A stretch of DNA of 64,000 nt from an uncultured delta proteobacterium (GTDB taxonomy: Bacteria; Desulfobacterota; Binatia; UBA9968). Shown piece by piece: positions 39,636 to 49,605 of the stretch; the first letter of the stretch is position 1, and each line of letters starts with the position of its first letter. The notes under the pieces were generated by a model, which saw only the letters and a program-made list of their open reading frames with translations, made no database searches and was not told the origin of the DNA. The translations under genes and the position numbers were made by a program. The DNA lies in assembly GCA_963840855.1 (NCBI GenBank), contig CAWJBB010000040.1:345394-409393 (forward strand), given 5' to 3'.

Positions 39636-40658
39636 TCACTGCAAGTTGTAGAGTTTCTTGGCGCTTTCCGCCAACAGCCATTTCTTGGCCTCGTCATTCA
39701 AATCTTCGCGCCGGCTCAGATGCTCAATGTTTTCCGGAAACTCCGTGTCCCAGTGGGGATAATCCGAAGCGTAATAAATAACTTTGTGCGACAGCAGATT
39801 TGCCGTGGCGCCGATCAGCGGTTCGTAATCCTCCGCATGAAAATAGATCCGCCCTTCCTTGAAATACTCGCTCGGCTTCTTAGTGCAATTGGGCGCCTCG
39901 ACCTCACCCCGCTTCTCCCATTCCTCGTTCATGCGCCCGAACCAATAGGGCGCCCAACTGCAACCGGCTTCCATGAAGGCGACGCGCAGCTTGGGAAAAC
40001 GTTCGAACACACCGCGAAACATCATGCTCGTGCATTGCAGCATTTGCGCGAAGGAATGCGACAGGGTATGCACTTCGATAAACTGGTCGAACAAATCGCC
40101 GGCGAAATAATGCGGGCCGCGCACCGTGGCGTGGACGCCGACCATACAGTCCAATTTTTCCGCCTCTTCATAGATCGGCCAAAAGCTTTCATGGCCCAAT
40201 GGCAGTCTCAGACCGACGGCGGGCAGCATGAGACCGACGAGTTTCAGCTCCTTCACCGCGCGGCGCAATTCCTTGACGGCCTCCGTCACGTCCTGAAACG
40301 GCACCAGCGCCACGCATTTGAGCCGGGAGCTAACTTTTTGGAATTCTTCCGAGCAGAAATTATTCCACGCCCGCGAATACTGCACCGCGACATCCGGCTC
40401 ACGTATCCAGCCGACGCTCAGCCCGTTGGTGGGATAAAGTACCGCCGTTGAAACCCCACCCTTGTCCATGGCGTCGAGCCAACTCTTGGCGTCCTTGGCG
40501 CGGGTACCAAGCGTTCCGCTCAACGACCGGTCCCAGCTATCCCGAGGCGTCAACGTTGCGACGCGTTTGACATATTTTTCCGGCATATATTTTTTTAGCT
40601 GGCCGTCTTCCTCGGTGATATGGCCGTCGGCATCAATGACTTCAAATTGCGCGGACAT
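39636..40658 (-). CDS. Amidohydrolase_2 family protein, paralog of 35256-36272
   Basis: DADGH, EAGCSW, ASDYPHWD; shared EEWEKRG.VEAP.C.KKPSEY. Confidence 0.9.
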   Translation of the reverse strand: MSAQFEVIDADGHITEEDGQLKKYMPEKYVKRVATLTPRDSWDRSLSGTLGTRAKDAKSWLDAMDKGGVSTAVLYPTNGLSVGWIREPDVAVQYSRAWNNFCSEEFQKVSSRLKCVALVPFQDVTEAVKELRRAVKELKLVGLMLPAVGLRLPLGHESFWPIYEEAEKLDCMVGVHATVRGPHYFAGDLFDQFIEVHTLSHSFAQMLQCTSMMFRGVFERFPKLRVAFMEAGCSWAPYWFGRMNEEWEKRGEVEAPNCTKKPSEYFKEGRIYFHAEDYEPLIGATANLLSHKVIYYASDYPHWDTEFPENIEHLSRREDLNDEAKKWLLAESAKKLYNLQ

Positions 40659-40747
40659 GATGATTTCCTCCTCGATTTAACTAAGCTCTGCCATTCGTCT
40701 ACGCCCGATCAAAGCCGCCTGTCAAGGGTTCTGTCGTCGACGCTGGA

Positions 40748-40872
40748 CGTTCAAACCGTTCAAGCCGTTCCAATAGTTCCAAACGTTATTCAGTCGGGGA
40801 AATCAATAATCAATGTGAGGGTGCGCTTGACCGCTGGAACGACTGGAACCACTTTGGAACGATTGGAACGGG
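40748..40872. repeat. 9-nt-period inverted repeat (CGTTCAA/TGGAACG)
   Basis: cgttcaaac-cgttcaagc-cgttccaat-agttccaaa ... tggaacgac-tggaaccac ... tggaacgat-tggaacggg. Confidence 0.7.
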
Positions 40873-40883
40873 AGTTTCTTGTA

Positions 40884-41699
40884 TTAGAAATACATCCCTG
40901 CGTCGTGGCTTCCTCTAGGCAACGGAGAGAGAATCGCGAACAGGGTTTTGAGCGCCCAGTTCGCCAGTGCCGCCAGGATGAATATAAATAAGAGCAGCCC
41001 GTACATGTCGGCGATGCGAAACTGGCCGTAGTATTCCACAATCAAGAAGCCTAAACCCGCCTTGGCGATTTTGGTCTCGGCGAGCAACGAGCCGGTGACC
41101 GCCGCGCCCATGCCGATTCTAAGGCCGGTAAAAACCTGCCCGGCGATGGCGGGCAGATAAACCCGCGAGGCGATCTGCATCGCGCTCGCTCCCATGGTGC
41201 GCGCAACGTCGACGTAAACCTTCTTCACATCGCGCATCCCGGCGATCGTCAGCAGGGCGATGGGGAAAAAGGCGGCGAAGGCGCCCACCGCCAGTTTGGA
41301 ACCGACGCCGATGCCAAGAAACAAGATGAAGATGGGAAAGATCACAATTTTGGGCACCACGGCGGCGTAGAGAATGAGCGGCTCGACGACCTCTAGCCAG
41401 CTGCGCCGGCTGCCGCAGATGATACCGAGGGGAATGCCGGTTAACGCTCCCAGGATGAGCGCGCCGCCGACGGCCCTGCCGCTGGCATCCAAATGAGGGA
41501 GCGCCACGGGCGTGGTAACATAGACCATCAGCGACTCAAGAATGGCAGGCAGGGAGGGAAACAGTTCCGGAAACAAGAGGCCGGTTCTGCCGATAGTTTC
41601 CCAGACCGCAACCAGCACGATAACGGTCAATACTTGCACCGCGCCGGGGGTCTGCAGCGTCGCGGCCCATATATTGTTCTTTCTAGCTGTCGCGTTCAT
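40884..41699 (-). CDS. NitT/TauT ABC transporter permease
   Basis: Hydrophobic; VARTMGA EAA-like loop, GLRIG, GLGFLI. Confidence 0.88.
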   Translation of the reverse strand: MNATARKNNIWAATLQTPGAVQVLTVIVLVAVWETIGRTGLLFPELFPSLPAILESLMVYVTTPVALPHLDASGRAVGGALILGALTGIPLGIICGSRRSWLEVVEPLILYAAVVPKIVIFPIFILFLGIGVGSKLAVGAFAAFFPIALLTIAGMRDVKKVYVDVARTMGASAMQIASRVYLPAIAGQVFTGLRIGMGAAVTGSLLAETKIAKAGLGFLIVEYYGQFRIADMYGLLLFIFILAALANWALKTLFAILSPLPRGSHDAGMYF

Positions 41700-41701
41700 C
41701 G

Positions 41702-42451
41702 TTAGCGCCGCACCAAGGCCTCGCAGCGGTTAAGCAGGTAGAGAAACAACACCGACAGCGAAATGGTTCCCAACAAGCCGGCATAAACCTCCTCCACCTC
41801 GAAACGAAACGCCGCGTCGGAAAGCCACATGCCGACCCCTCCCACTTGCGCGACATATTCGAGGCCGAGAACCGACTTCAATACATAGGTAAGGGCAAGG
41901 CGAAAGCCGCTGAAGACCATGGGTGCCACGGCCGGCAAAAGAATATGCCGGAACTTCTGTTTGCCGGTGAGATTCATACTCGCGCCCACTTCAAGCAGGA
42001 TCGGATTGACGCTTTGAAAGGCGCCTTTGGTATTAATGATGATCGGGATCAGCCCGAATATCGTGGAGAGCGCGATAACCGCGGCGCTAGTGCGCCCGAA
42101 GGTAACTAGGAAAATCGGATAGGCGAGGATCACCGGGGAAGAAAAAAGCGCTGCCAGCGGCATCTCATAGCTCGTGCCGATGAGCCGGTAACGCCACAAG
42201 AGAAATCCGGCCAGAAGCCCGATCACCGTCGAGATAAAAAGCGCGGCGGCGATTTCGTAAAGCGTGATGGCGGTCAAAACCAGCGCATTGCCGCGCGCGA
42301 GTTGTGCCCAGAGCACGGTCAAAGCTTGCAGTGGTGAGGCGAGAAAAAATGAACTGATCCAGCCCAAGCGCACCGCGGATTCCATCAACAGGAGAAATCC
42401 GAAAATCAGTCCAAAGCGCCATGCCGCGAGTTTGTTATCGCTGGTCATCAC
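41702..42451 (-). CDS. NitT/TauT ABC transporter permease
   Basis: Hydrophobic; LLEVGASM, ILLPA..P..FSGFRL. Confidence 0.88.
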   Translation of the reverse strand: MMTSDNKLAAWRFGLIFGFLLLMESAVRLGWISSFFLASPLQALTVLWAQLARGNALVLTAITLYEIAAALFISTVIGLLAGFLLWRYRLIGTSYEMPLAALFSSPVILAYPIFLVTFGRTSAAVIALSTIFGLIPIIINTKGAFQSVNPILLEVGASMNLTGKQKFRHILLPAVAPMVFSGFRLALTYVLKSVLGLEYVAQVGGVGMWLSDAAFRFEVEEVYAGLLGTISLSVLFLYLLNRCEALVRR

Positions 42452-42484
42452 AAAAACGCCCGCAGTTATTCCTCTACCTCCTCA

Positions 42485-43351
42485 TTAATCTCTCCCAAGC
42501 GATACCAAGAAGATTCCGGCGACGACCATAGCCGCGCCGGTTATCTTGCGCCAGGTGATGCTTTCGATGCGCCGGGCCATGAACGGCGTCAAGAGTAGCA
42601 CGAAAACAACGTAACTGTTAATCAACGGTGCGACCACGGAAACCTGCTCCAAGCTGAAGGCCAGGTACATGAACAAGAACGACGCGCCGGTGAAGAGTCC
42701 CGACCAGATAAACCAGCATGAGACGTGAAACGGCGGCAGCGCGAACGTCTCGCCGTAGATGTAGCGGTTGATGAGAAATATCTCGATGGTGGAGGTCGCC
42801 GCCGCGATGGTCGCCGAGAAGACCGGCTGTCCGCCGCCGCCACCGAGCGTCCAACGCAAAGTAATATCTTTCAGCGAAAAAATCAGCGCGCAGAGAAACG
42901 GGAAAACCAGTTCGATCTTCCGATAATCGGTGGTCGCCCCCAGCCATGACACGGTGATCAAGCCTCCCACTGTAAGGAGCACGCCGGCGATAACCAGAGG
43001 CCCCGGCCGCTCGCCGAGCAAAACGATCGCCAGCACCGTGGAAAAAACCGGCGTGGTGTTTATGATGGTCGAAGTAATCGAGCTTCCCAGGACGCGCACG
43101 CCGCGGAAACTAAGAACCCGGGCCACCCCCGGCACCAGCAGGCCGACACCGACAAAGATAAGATTTTCAGCGGCGAGAAACTTGGTTTCGGAATAGAAGA
43201 CAAAATGGGCTGCCGATAGAATCACACTGTTGCCGACCAGCGTGATCCACGCTCCCCAGGGAGCGGCGGCTAGATGGTAGCCGCGCTGCGCCAGCAAGCT
43301 CCCGACGGCGAAACAGATCGAGGTAAGAAGCCCAAAAAAAATCGGCACCAC
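42485..43351 (-). CDS. EamA/DMT family transporter
   Basis: About 10 TM helices, two EamA repeats, LLGER motif. Confidence 0.85.
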   Translation of the reverse strand: MVPIFFGLLTSICFAVGSLLAQRGYHLAAAPWGAWITLVGNSVILSAAHFVFYSETKFLAAENLIFVGVGLLVPGVARVLSFRGVRVLGSSITSTIINTTPVFSTVLAIVLLGERPGPLVIAGVLLTVGGLITVSWLGATTDYRKIELVFPFLCALIFSLKDITLRWTLGGGGGQPVFSATIAAATSTIEIFLINRYIYGETFALPPFHVSCWFIWSGLFTGASFLFMYLAFSLEQVSVVAPLINSYVVFVLLLTPFMARRIESITWRKITGAAMVVAGIFLVSLGRD

Positions 43352-43427
43352 GGCGCGCGGTTATTTTCCTTCGGCGTAAATTCGTTTAGACTGTTCCTTA
43401 TAACCGAATTCCCAACGAACTGCATTC

Positions 43428-44492
43428 ATGCCCGCCGCAAACCTCGCCGCCATTCGCCGCCGCTTGCTGAGTTGGTACGAGACTCACAAGCGCGATCTCC
43501 CTTGGCGCCGGACTTCAGACCCCTACGCCATCTGGATTTCGGAAACGATGCTGCAACAAACTCAAGTCGCCACCGCGGTACCCTATTACAATCGTTTCAT
43601 GAAAGCGTTTCCCCACGTCAAAGGGCTGGATCGCGCGCCGCTGGCCAAAGTGTTGGCTCTCTGGTCGGGTCTCGGCTACTACCGGCGCGCCGAGAATCTG
43701 AAAAAGACCGCTCGCGTGCTTGCGGCGCGCCATCGCGGGCAGTTGCCCGACGATTACGATAATCTTCGCGCCCTCCCGGGTATTGGAGAATACACCGCCG
43801 GCGCGCTCCTCAGCATAGCGTTCGGCAAACCTTACCCCGCCGTCGACGGCAATGCGCGGCGGGTTCTGGCACGCCTTTTTCTCGTCTCTGGTGAAAAGAT
43901 GCTGCGCGACCGCGCGCGGAGACTCGTATCCAAATCAAGGCCAGGCCAATTCAATCAAAGTTTGATGGAACTGGGCAGCGTTCTCTGCACGCCAAAAAAT
44001 CCGCGCTGTGCCGAATGCCCGGTCGAAATATTTTGCGCGACACAGAGAAACGGCCATCGCCAGCGAAATCGGATGCCAGCGAAAAGACGCCAAACCCACG
44101 CCGTCATTTGGCCCCTCGCAATCGTGCGCCGCCACGGTAAATTGCTTCTGCGCCGGCGGGAAGCCAACGGCATCCTCGCCGGCCTCTGGGAATTGCCTGG
44201 CGGCGAAAAAGCCAGCCGGCGCGCCGTCCAAACCGCGCTCGAAGGACATTTACCCGAGCTCACATCATCCGCCGCGAAGGCACTTCGGGTCGGCGAGATC
44301 GCCCATGGCATTACAAACCGGCGCATTCGCGCGCCGGTGTTTCTGATCGAATTGCCAGCCACCCCTAAAATTCGATTCGAAGACACGCGCTGGCGCTGGG
44401 TCGCGCCGGCGGCGATGGACCGTTATCCAACCTCCTCCATGACCCGCAAGGCCCTAAAGCTTCTAGCCGAATATGAAAAGAGTCATCTTTAA
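43428..44492 (+). CDS. mutY: A/G-specific adenine glycosylase
   Basis: WISETMLQQTQV, WSGLGYYRRA, LPGIGEYTA, VDGN, C-x6-C-x2-C-x5-C. Confidence 0.95.
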   Translation: MPAANLAAIRRRLLSWYETHKRDLPWRRTSDPYAIWISETMLQQTQVATAVPYYNRFMKAFPHVKGLDRAPLAKVLALWSGLGYYRRAENLKKTARVLAARHRGQLPDDYDNLRALPGIGEYTAGALLSIAFGKPYPAVDGNARRVLARLFLVSGEKMLRDRARRLVSKSRPGQFNQSLMELGSVLCTPKNPRCAECPVEIFCATQRNGHRQRNRMPAKRRQTHAVIWPLAIVRRHGKLLLRRREANGILAGLWELPGGEKASRRAVQTALEGHLPELTSSAAKALRVGEIAHGITNRRIRAPVFLIELPATPKIRFEDTRWRWVAPAAMDRYPTSSMTRKALKLLAEYEKSHL

Positions 44493-45234
44493 GAGCCTTC
44501 TGGTAACGCTGACCGTCGGCTTTTTCGTTTACTTTTATTATTCACTGCCGGATGTTTCGCTGCTCAAGAAGCAAAACCCGCGCAGTTCCGCCCTGATGGA
44601 GCTGCGCGACGACGAGTACCGGAAAAAAGGCGTTCGCGGCGGCCGGCAACAGGTATGGGTGTCCTACGGTGGGATTTCCGATCATTTGAAAAGGGCGATC
44701 CTGTTGAGCGAGGATGCGGCCTTTTTCAGTCACAAAGGCGTCGATGTCCAAGAGCTAAAGGAGGCGATTAAAAAAGACTGGGAATCCTTGAGTTTCAAAC
44801 GCGGCGGCAGCACGATCACCATGCAACTCGCCAAAAATCTCTATCTCAATCCATCCAAAAATCCGCTGCGCAAAGTGAAGGAAATTTTCATCGCCTGGCA
44901 GTTGGAGCAAGCGCTATCAAAGCAAAGAATTTTCGAGATCTATCTCAACATTATTGAGTTAGGCCGTAACGTTTATGGCGCCGAGGCGGCGGCGCGCCAC
45001 TACTTCGGCAAAACCGCTGCGGCCCTCGACCCGCTCGAGGCGGCCACCCTCGCCGCGCTGTTGCCTAGCCCGCGCAGCTCGCGCGAAAAAAACATTTTGA
45101 ACCGGCGCAACTTGATCCTCGCCCGGCTGTCGAGCATCGGCTACATCAGCAGGGATGACTATGACCGGCTCAAGCAGGTGCCGCTCTTCAAAAAAGTCGA
45201 GGTGGAAGCGCCGCTGCTCCCAATGGATGAATAG
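44473..45234 (+). CDS. mtgA: Monofunctional peptidoglycan transglycosylase
   Basis: SEDAAF, RGGSTITMQLAKNL, RKVKE, IYLN. Confidence 0.9.
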   Translation: MKRVIFKSLLVTLTVGFFVYFYYSLPDVSLLKKQNPRSSALMELRDDEYRKKGVRGGRQQVWVSYGGISDHLKRAILLSEDAAFFSHKGVDVQELKEAIKKDWESLSFKRGGSTITMQLAKNLYLNPSKNPLRKVKEIFIAWQLEQALSKQRIFEIYLNIIELGRNVYGAEAAARHYFGKTAAALDPLEAATLAALLPSPRSSREKNILNRRNLILARLSSIGYISRDDYDRLKQVPLFKKVEVEAPLLPMDE

Positions 45235-45512
45235 CGTCCTCGCAATCAATCCCAACACCCATTCGGGTCAAGGTTCAACATTCAAAGTTCCCCGCGTCTA
45301 ATTGAATGTTTGCAAAATAATAATCAGATAAAATAAAACGATATTCTAAATAAATATGTAATATTTTATTACAAACACTTGCTATTACCGCGGTCCAGGC
45401 CTAGAGTGCCAACCATTGGAGGCCAAAGAAAGCCGGCTGTCAATGAGTAAAATCCAAGTAACCTTTTCGATATCTCGCCAGTCTAATGAGGGGAGAGGTA
45501 GAGTAAAGGACA

Positions 45513-45710
45513 ATGAAAAAAACAACTGCTAGTCTTTCTGAGTTAATACATGCCGCCAGTGAGGTGGCCTTCGCGTGCTCCGAGAACGAACACGAAGCTT
45601 ATCATTTAACCCAACAGGCATTGATCGAATTTCTAAGGAACCTGCCTCAAGACACTGATTTTCCAGAATTCTCCGAAGTCCACTTGTTGTCAGACCGCTA
45701 TGTCCATTAG
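45513..45710 (+). CDS. Small hypothetical protein
   Basis: AAGGA RBS; AT-rich upstream region; followed by a terminator. Confidence 0.6.
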   Translation: MKKTTASLSELIHAASEVAFACSENEHEAYHLTQQALIEFLRNLPQDTDFPEFSEVHLLSDRYVH

Positions 45711-45754
45711 CAGTCTGCGGAAAAAGCCTCACCCCGAAAAAGCTATAAGAATAA

Positions 45755-45792
45755 GGGCGGAAGGATGAAATAACACATCCCTCCGCTTTTTT
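45755..45792 (+). terminator. Intrinsic terminator
   Basis: gcggaaggatg / catccctccgc stem followed by a T-run. Confidence 0.65.
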
Positions 45793-45997
45793 ATATTCAT
45801 CGCTCATAATTCATACTTCAGGTATCACGCCTCATCTCTGCTATTTTATGGAGCGGATTCGCCGCGCGGGAACTTTATCAGGCACTACTGGGTTTGCACC
45901 GATGACGCCTGCGTTTGTAACCATCGATCGCAAATTTTCATCTAAATATCGCATCGTCGCCAGCGCGGCTTTAAAGAATAGGAATAACAAGCAACCG

Positions 45998-46525
45998 ATG
46001 AACGGAAATTTTTTTTCTCGTTACGCTCTCGCGCTGGGCTTGGGCGCGGTCATTCTTATGCCCGTCCGCGTCGGCGCCCTCAATCTCGGTAAAGCAGCGC
46101 CCGATATCGCGGGCGCCCCATGGATCAACAGCAAACCGCTCACCACCGGTGACTTAAGAGGCCGGGTGGTGATCGTTGAGTTCTGGACCTATGGCTGAAT
46201 CAATTGCCGCAACATCATCCCGCAGTTGCGGGGTTGGCATGAGAAATATGAAAAGGCCGGTTTGACCATCGTCGGAGTTCACTCACCGGAGTTTCCCTGG
46301 GAGAAGCCATTTGACAAAGTTACCGACGCAACGAGCCGGCTGGGGATCAAATTTCCCGTCGTCCAGGACAACGACTACGGCATTTGGAAACGCTTTGGCG
46401 TGTGGGCTTGGCCTACCATCGTCTTGGTAGACAAGAAGGGCATTATCCGTTACAGCCATATCGGCGAGGGCGCCTATGACAAAACAGAATCCGTCATCAA
46501 GCAGCTGCTTGCCGAGAAGCATTGA
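45998..46525 (+). CDS. Exported thioredoxin-fold (TlpA/DipZ-like) selenoprotein, UxxC active site
   Basis: ORFs 45848-46198 and 46226-46525 are in one frame, separated only by TGA 46196-46198: EFWTYG-U-INC; GVHSPEF and WPT motifs; hairpin ccgcaac/gttgcgg just 3' of the TGA. Confidence 0.85.
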
Positions 46526-46583
46526 CAGAAAGAAATTTGTTGGCGACGATGCTTCAAGCGAACCGCTGGGAGGCTAAAAACAG

Positions 46584-47564
46584 ATGCTGATCAAAAAACT
46601 CGAAGACATCAAAGGGTCCGAGATTACGCCCAGAGAACACTATCTAAACCGGCGGCAATTCATTGCCGCCGCGGCCACGGCGGCGATTGCCACCGGAGCG
46701 GGCGTCGCGGGGTATGATCTGCTTGGCGCGCCGCAAGAGGCTCGCGCGGGCGAAAAGCTTCCTAACGTTAAGAAGGGACTCGCTGCGTATCAAACCAGCG
46801 AAAAAACCAATTCGTTTAAGGACATCACTTCGTACAATAACTTTTACGAGTTGGGCGTCGACAAAGGCGACCCGGCGGAAAACGCAAAATACTTGACCAC
46901 CCGTCCCTGGAGCGTCGCCATCGAGGGTGAAGTCAAAAAGCCCAAGACTTTAGCCATCGAAGACATCATGAAGCTCGCGCCCCTCGAAGAACGCATTTAC
47001 CGCCTGCGCTGCGTCGAAGCCTGGTCGATGGTAATTCCCTGGGTGGGATTTCCCCTGAGCGCGTTGATCAACCAAGCCGAGCCGACAAACAACGCCAAGT
47101 TCGTTCAGTTCGTTACTCTTGTCGATCCAAAACGGCTGCCCGGCCAAAGGCCCGGCCTTTTCGGCAGCGTCCTCGACTGGCCCTATGTTGAAGGGCTGCG
47201 CATGGATGAAGCCATGCACCCGCTGACGATCCTATCCGTCGGTCTCTACGGCGAGGTCCTGCCGGCGCAAAACGGCGCGCCGCTGCGCCTGGTGGTCCCA
47301 TGGAAGTACGGTTTCAAGAGCATCAAGTCCATTGTCAAGCTCCGTTTCGTGGAGCAGCAGCCGCCCACCGCGTGGAATAAAATGCAGCCACAAGAGTACG
47401 GCTTTTACTCCAACGTCAACCCGGAAGTCGATCATCCGCGCTGGAGCCAAGCGACGGAACGTCGCATCGGCGAGTTCCTGCGGCGCAAGACGCTGATGTT
47501 CAACGGTTACGGCGAGCAGGTCGCAAGCCTCTATAAGGGCATGGATTTGAAGAAATTCTATTAA
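46584..47564 (+). CDS. msrP: Protein-methionine-sulfoxide reductase catalytic subunit
   Basis: SEITP, RRQFI Tat motif, [35 protein letters not shown]. Confidence 0.97.
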   Translation: MLIKKLEDIKGSEITPREHYLNRRQFIAAAATAAIATGAGVAGYDLLGAPQEARAGEKLPNVKKGLAAYQTSEKTNSFKDITSYNNFYELGVDKGDPAENAKYLTTRPWSVAIEGEVKKPKTLAIEDIMKLAPLEERIYRLRCVEAWSMVIPWVGFPLSALINQAEPTNNAKFVQFVTLVDPKRLPGQRPGLFGSVLDWPYVEGLRMDEAMHPLTILSVGLYGEVLPAQNGAPLRLVVPWKYGFKSIKSIVKLRFVEQQPPTAWNKMQPQEYGFYSNVNPEVDHPRWSQATERRIGEFLRRKTLMFNGYGEQVASLYKGMDLKKFY

Positions 47565-47565
47565 A

Positions 47566-47642
47566 CCAGAGGTCTGAGGTCGGCGATCGGAGGTCCTCTG
47601 AGTCCGATCTCTGACTTCCGACCTCTGATCTCTGACCTCTGG
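47566..47642. repeat. 7-nt-period hairpin inside the msrPQ operon
   Basis: cagaggt-ctgaggt-cggcgat-cggaggt ... ctctgac-ttccgac-ctctgat-ctctgac-ctctg. Confidence 0.7.
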
Positions 47643-47649
47643 CATCACA

Positions 47650-48270
47650 ATGTTTTCCTCGCTTAAACCGGCTCTCTTCCTCGCCTGCCTAGTTCCATTC
47701 GCCCAGGTCCTCTATAACGGCTACGTCGGCGACCTGGGCGCAAACCCAATTGAAACGATCACGCGCTTCACCGGATCATGGGCGCTGATCATGCTGCTCG
47801 CGAGCTTGAGCGTAACGCCGCTTCGGCGCATCACCGGACGGAATGAACTGATTAAATTCCGCCGCATGCTGGGACTCTTCGCCTTTTTTTATGCCGCGCT
47901 GCATTTTGCGACCTACATGGTCCTGGATCTTTTTTTTGATTTCTCCGCCATCCTTAAAGATGTTCTCAAACGCCCGTATATCACTGTCGGATTCACGGCA
48001 TTGCTGTTAATGACCCCGCTCGCAATGACGTCGACCTCGGGGATGATCCGCCGCCTCGGCAAGCGCTGGCAGCAGCTTCACTACTTGGTTTATGTGATCG
48101 CGATATTGGGAGTCGTGCATTTCTATTGGCTGGTGAAAGCCGACATCAGCCGTCCGGTTCAATACGGCGCGGTTCTCGTCGTTTTGTTGGGCTATCGGCT
48201 GTTTACCAGGTGGGGAGCGCTGATCGCAGTGAAATTTTCGAGCAAACCTTCCACGGTTCGTTCACGGTAG
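47650..48270 (+). CDS. msrQ: Heme-binding membrane subunit MsrQ
   Basis: RRMLGL.AFFY..LH, KRPYITVG, W..LH.LVY. Confidence 0.95.
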   Translation: MFSSLKPALFLACLVPFAQVLYNGYVGDLGANPIETITRFTGSWALIMLLASLSVTPLRRITGRNELIKFRRMLGLFAFFYAALHFATYMVLDLFFDFSAILKDVLKRPYITVGFTALLLMTPLAMTSTSGMIRRLGKRWQQLHYLVYVIAILGVVHFYWLVKADISRPVQYGAVLVVLLGYRLFTRWGALIAVKFSSKPSTVRSR

Positions 48271-48635
48271 ATAATAAATCAAATCGTTTTGAAAAAATCC
48301 GTTTCTGATCCCCAAACGTAAACATTATAAAGGAAGGGGGGCGGAAAGCCCGATGGCTGCTGATATTTGGCAGAGCATTTTCGCGCAGAGCCCGGTGAAT
48401 AGCGGATACTACGACGAGTACGAGCTACCGTACTGCAATTGGGACTGGCCCAAAGGGACCTGGTTTCAGGCGCGCCGGGATATTATGCGCGAGCGTCAAC
48501 CGGCATGGGGTCACAACATAAGAAAATTGCAGGAAATCTCTGTGCTTCGTGGTTTGAATTCTTAACAAGGTTGAAACTTTCGGACGCGTTACGGCGTCTA
48601 ACCAAGAAGCTGTAAGTTCATAAGGAGAAACCCCG

Positions 48636-48893
48636 ATGAATTCGAATCGTAAAACCCGACAGGCGATGGCCGCACGGCGCCGGGCGCCGATTAAAACCTC
48701 CATCCTGGAGCTCGTGCAGGCGCTGTCCAACATGACCCCCGACGACCATCTCGTCATTGCCGCCGTGAGAAGCATCTTCGGCGCGTATAACGTTCGGCTG
48801 GCCGGCGCGCCGGTGCCCGTGCGATTGGTGAATAGCGATATGACGGACTGGACGGATCTGAAAAAGAGCCAGCGCCGGAAAAGCTCGCGATAG
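48636..48893 (+). CDS. Small hypothetical protein
   Basis: AAGGAG RBS; genome-like codon usage. Confidence 0.65.
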   Translation: MNSNRKTRQAMAARRRAPIKTSILELVQALSNMTPDDHLVIAAVRSIFGAYNVRLAGAPVPVRLVNSDMTDWTDLKKSQRRKSSR

Positions 48894-49033
48894 TTGAATC
48901 ATCATGCCGACAAACTGGTACATCCCGTCACTTCTGAGGAGGCCAAAGAGATAGATCCCGCGATTGGCGGCATCATCGAGGAAATGCACTGTTGTCCCGG
49001 TTTGCGGAACCGTGGATCGCGCCGCGCCCAGGC

Positions 49034-49332
49034 TTAACGGGGACCTCTTATTTCTATCTCAAGGCCGTTGGGATCTTTGACAAACACAGTGGTGAGAGCT
49101 CCCGACGAATCGCGATTTTCACGGAGGATTTGCGCGCCCTTTTCTTTAAACTCCTTGACCGCCAGTTCGATCTCGTCGGTTACGAACCCATAATGGTGCA
49201 CTCCGACCGCGCCGGCGGATTCCATCAACTGGATAGAGGGAGCGCCGGCGATGTTCATAAAACAGAAGCCGTAACCCGCCGAGCCTTTTCTTATGGCCGT
49301 TCGCTGACCGCCAAAAAACTTTTCGTAGAACT
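49034..49332 (-). pseudogene. VOC/glyoxalase protein with its 5' end replaced by a REP
   Basis: FYEKFFG, HHYGF.TD, FVKDPNG.EIE; first beta-strand/His missing. Confidence 0.65.
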
Positions 49333-49490
49333 GTAGCCCGGATGAAGTGAAACGGAATCCGGGATCCGAAAGCCCCAGATTACGCTGCGCTTCATCCGGG
49401 CTACGCAAGATTTCTGACAGTGTGTGATTTTCCGTTAAACGACTTCAGAGCAAACCAATGGTCGGGTTAGGCTGCGCTAACCCGACCTAC
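49333..49490. repeat. GTAG-type REP doublet (49333-49404) and single REP (49460-49490)
   Basis: gtagcccggatgaag...cttcatccgggctac; ggtcgggttag...ctaacccgacctac. Confidence 0.8.
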
Positions 49491-49605
49491 AAACGCTGGG
49501 ATTACGCACACGACTTCACGAAGACCCTAAAACATTTTGAGTTGACAGATACCCTGAATTCCTTATACGGGTCAGATTCCTGCCATGTCATTACCGGAGG
49601 TTATC

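Noticed and set aside
40748-40872. GTTC...GAAC repeats (also 58527 and 61715) as a CRISPR array
   Set aside because: Units are 7-9 nt and contiguous, with no unique spacers and no cas genes
48310-48400. ggggcggaaagccc as a cyclic dinucleotide (GEMM-I) riboswitch
   Set aside because: Only the central motif matches; the P2 tetraloop stem and 3' consensus are not evident. An Infernal/Rfam scan would settle it
48353-48565. 70-aa ORF after msrQ
   Set aside because: No recognisable motif and poorly spaced RBS; cannot be supported as a gene
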